Made by a program: the position numbers and the translations under genes. Positions 61,034 to 64,000 of a stretch of DNA of 64,000 nt are shown here, piece after piece. The first letter of the stretch is position 1, and every line of letters begins with the position of its first letter. The stretch is from the NCBI GenBank assembly GCA_039621445.1, contig CP154954.1, positions 24,006,954 through 24,070,953 on the forward strand, read 5' to 3'. Under the pieces are notes generated by a model, which was not told the DNA's origin, searched no databases, and saw only the letters and a program-made list of their open reading frames with translations. The DNA comes from Euglena gracilis (taxonomy: Eukaryota).

Positions 61034-61357
61034 TGTATACCAGGCGTATGCTTCTGTCCCCCTCCGTTGAGGAAGTTAGGATGGAAGCAGATCCTATTAG
61101 GATCTCCTAATGGGTGCCCCTTCTCTCTCCACAGGTGGTATTCTTTTATATTCTTCTTTATACCTTTTCCTTCTTTCCATCGGACCGGACTTGGTTATCC
61201 AGTCCGTCCTCCCGGCATTGTCCTGTGCTTTGCTTCTTGGGAAGTGGGAAAAGGGATTTTCTGTTACTCTGATTTTCAGTTCCCAAGTAGGTGCGCCAAG
61301 GCGAAAGCGAAGGCTTTTGGGAATTGGGAAATGGGAATTGGGAATCAGACGTACACT
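61034..61357 (+). repeat. 3' LTR of B1
   Basis: Direct repeat of 34645-34969, preceded by a PPT and followed by ATCAG. Confidence 0.93.
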
Positions 61358-61362
61358 ATCAG

Positions 61363-62700
61363 AGGTGATGCACGGGCCTATTTCTGTGGTATTTATCATT
61401 TAACCTCAAGATGATTATTTCCAACTTCCTGTTTTCTCTCAGGCGGCCAAAAATAATTTTCATAAAAGTACACGGACGATAATGATATCGCCCCCTGTGG
61501 CATAGCGGTCGTGTGGTTAGCGTGTGAACGGTAGGTCGCGGGTTCGAATCCCGCCGGGGGGCAACTTCGTGTTTTTCCTGGTCTGACGTGATGGAAAGAG
61601 GGAAGCCGTGACTGCTTTTTGGAAGGGAGGAAAAATTTTTTTTGGTCCGGCCGGCTGGCAAGACAGTCATTGGTCCGGCTTGACGGACGGCTGGCGAATA
61701 AATGCTTCGTCCGGACGGACGGCTGGACGTCGAGCATTGGTCCGGCTGAAGAGGTCCGGACGGCTCGGACGGACGGACGGCCAGCCGCCCCCTTGGGACG
61801 CCCTATTCACCGGTATGCGCGGTTTGGGCCAACTCCCCGCCTGGGCCGAGATATGGCCATTTTGTGGTTTTGCCAAGGGGGGACTCTGCCATTTGGAGCC
61901 CAAAACGGGCCCAAAAACCAGTTTTTGCAAAAATACCTCAAAAAAGGTGCGGAGTTGAAAAAAATGTCTGGGGACCTAAATTGAAGCCCTTGGAACGCCC
62001 TATCTACTGGTGTATTAATTTCCCCGCAACTCCCCGCCTGGCCTGAGATACGGCCTTTTTCGGTCCAAATGGCCGTTTTGTACACTTTTCCCACTGTCGA
62101 CTCAGCCGTTTTAGGCCAAAAAAGTCGAAAAATCGAAAACAAATTTTTCGCCCAAAACCATGTTTTTTGGCCTCCCAGACACGGAAAAAGTGTTTTTGAG
62201 CGTTTTTCGACCCGCCAGCGCCCCGTTTTGGTTCGCCAACCCGTCGTTGACTTTGGGTCAAAACCGGGTCAAAAAAGTCGAAAAAATCGAATTCTTTTTT
62301 GCCTGAAACCATGTTTTTTGGGCCTCCCGGACCCGGAAAAACTGTTTTTGAGCCGAAAATGAGCGTTTTTCGACCCGCCAGTGTCCCGTTTTGGGCCGCC
62401 AACCCGTTGACTTTGGGTCAAAACCGGGTCAAAAAAGACGGAAAAAATCGAGAAAATTCGGTTTCCCAAAATGATGTTTTTTTGGCTGGAAAAACTGTTT
62501 TTGAGCCGAAAATGAGCTTTTTTCGCAGGCCGGGCCGGGGTCTCCCAAAGAGCTCAGCTCTACGTCACACCCTGGTCGCTGAGCTCTTATCTCTTTAGAG
62601 TTAGAGCGAAGCTTACCACCGGGGCCGGAGACACCCCCTGCCCCCCCCCGCCCCCCCCCCGCCCCCCGCCCCCCCCCCTGAGTAGGCTCGGGCACCCAGG
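61363..62700. mobile_element. Continuation of the non-autonomous repeat unit interrupted by B1, ending in a third hairpin junction motif
   Basis: Same GGAC microsatellite and A/T-tract sub-repeats as 33250-33700; junction motif at 62546-62632. Confidence 0.55.
61490..61563 (+). pseudogene. tRNA-derived sequence (pseudo-tRNA or SINE-like head)
   Basis: Acceptor stem CCCCCTG/CGGGGGG, A-box-like TGGCATAGCGG, perfect T arm GCGGG-TTCGAAT-CCCGC; anticodon arm does not pair. Confidence 0.7.
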
Positions 62701-62831
62701 CCTCTTACTCCTCTCGAGACCCCCTGGGTCCCGCTGCTGTCGCCCAGGCAGTAGGTCAGTGCCCAGCCGCGTTCGCCGCCCCCTTTTTCCCGCCGGGCAT
62801 TCAGCTGGCCCCCCCAGGCCCTCATCCGGCA

Positions 62832-64000
62832 ATGGTTGCCAACGCCACGGCCCTCACCGGGTTACCACCCGCTGGCCTGGCTGTCTTCACCCCGGTACCC
62901 TGCCCCCCGGCCAGATCCGACCCGAGCAAGCGGTACGTCTGCGCCTACCCCATCTGCTTACGGGCACACGAGAGCCGGGGGACACTGCTTACACATTTGA
63001 ACAGCGTGCTCCACGCACATCTGAGCCTACTCTGTGGAGACTACATCCGGGACCTGCGCGTCTGGTTTTGCCCACATTGTTGCCTGTTGTCGCCGCTCAC
63101 TGGTCTATGCGGTGGGAACTCCTGTGTCCTCATCATCTGGGACGAGCGTGTTGCCCGTCGCGCTCAAGCCATGCGAGACGGCCCCTCCGGCCCTGAACCG
63201 CGCGTGCCCCACGAGATTGCGATCGTGATGCCCGCCCCGCCCCGAGCGACGGCCCTGCCACTGGAAATTACCTTGGACTCCGCCAGCCCGCTCACTGTGC
63301 CCAACATTGAGGCCCTCTTCCGACTGCATTGCCCTCTGTTGCGACACACCCCCAGAGGGGCCAGGACCGCCCTGGGACATTGCTTGGCGGAACTGATTTG
63401 TCATCTTCTGTCTCGGGCCACCTGGTAATCGCTCTTTCGGTTTTTCGCTTTCACCCGTTTCTGCCTCCGCGCGGACACCCGCGGTGGTGCCTCGGAGAGA
63501 GCTCAAAGGGCGCTGCGTGATTTGGTCACGGACCGGGCTCTGCGGCTGCCCACCCTGTCCATCCCTGCTATTTGGACAGAACTCCCCGATTGCGAGAACA
63601 CCAGAATGGATCGCATGACCCGCAAACGGGAACGATCACCCGATCCTGAACTGGACCAGCCACCAACCGGGGGTTGTGACGAACACCTCCTGCGGTCCCT
63701 GCGCTCGCTGGTTACGGAGGGCGCCTTTTCCAAAGCGGGCGCCTTCTTAGCAAGGGGATCCATGACCCCCGCTCTGAAGCAGTCCTGTCTGCCTTGCGAG
63801 CCCTCCACCCACAGGGAGCAGGATTCCGGTGGGGCGACATGGAACGGCAGCTGGCCTCCGTACACTGCGACTGTTACGGCAATTCTCCCCCTGAGGACCG
63901 CCTATCGTCGCTCCGGAAGGTCGTACTCGGATTCCCACCCGGCAGCGCCCCTGGCCCTTCGGGCTTACGCCCCGCTCACCTCGCCGAGCTGGTTCGTGAC
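62832..64000 (+). mobile_element. Second, degenerate CRE-like non-LTR retrotransposon (zinc finger and RT N-terminus), running off the window
   Basis: C2H2-like CAYPIC...HLNSVLH, WFCPHC, LLRHTPRGAR; further on EGAFSKA and FPPGSAPGPSGLRPAHL, paralleling the first CRE element. Confidence 0.8.

Larger units (their letters stand above)
34645..61357 (+). mobile_element. Ty3/Gypsy chromodomain LTR retrotransposon 'B1' with an N6-adenine MTase-like domain and extra ORF3, with nested insertions
   Basis: LTRs 34645-34969 and 61034-61357; ATCAG TSD (34640-34644, 61358-61362); PBS; PPT GGGAGGGGGA at 61024-61033; gag-PR-MT-RT-RH-INT-chromodomain-ORF3. Confidence 0.9.

Noticed and set aside
61490-61563. 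Functional tRNA-His (G-1, GTG) or tRNA-Thr
   Set aside because: The anticodon stem does not pair and U33 is absent in the standard register.

Overview
Eukaryotic transposon nest with no recognisable host gene. A perfect 26-nt Euglena-type spliced-leader (SL) exon at 9691-9716 points to a euglenid host. Contents: (1) a CRE-clade non-LTR retrotransposon that starts with the SL exon and encodes a polyprotein with four 2A-like motifs ahead of RT. (2) Inserted into its RT, a 12.6-kb Ty3/Gypsy chromodomain LTR element ('A', minus strand, GGAT TSD) whose Pol begins with a C5-cytosine DNA methyltransferase domain. (3) A second Ty3/Gypsy chromodomain family ('B', LTRs 34645-34969 and 61034-61357, ATCAG TSD) with a Dam-like N6-adenine methyltransferase domain between protease and RT and a very long unknown third ORF; inverted sister copies and a 91-bp satellite are nested inside it. 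(4) A 5' fragment of a third Gypsy family ('C'). (5) A ~10.7-kb tandem duplication, foldback and Helentron-like non-autonomous repeats, a tRNA-like sequence and a second degenerate CRE-like element. All element copies carry stops or frameshifts. Domain calls come from motifs read by eye, not from database searches.
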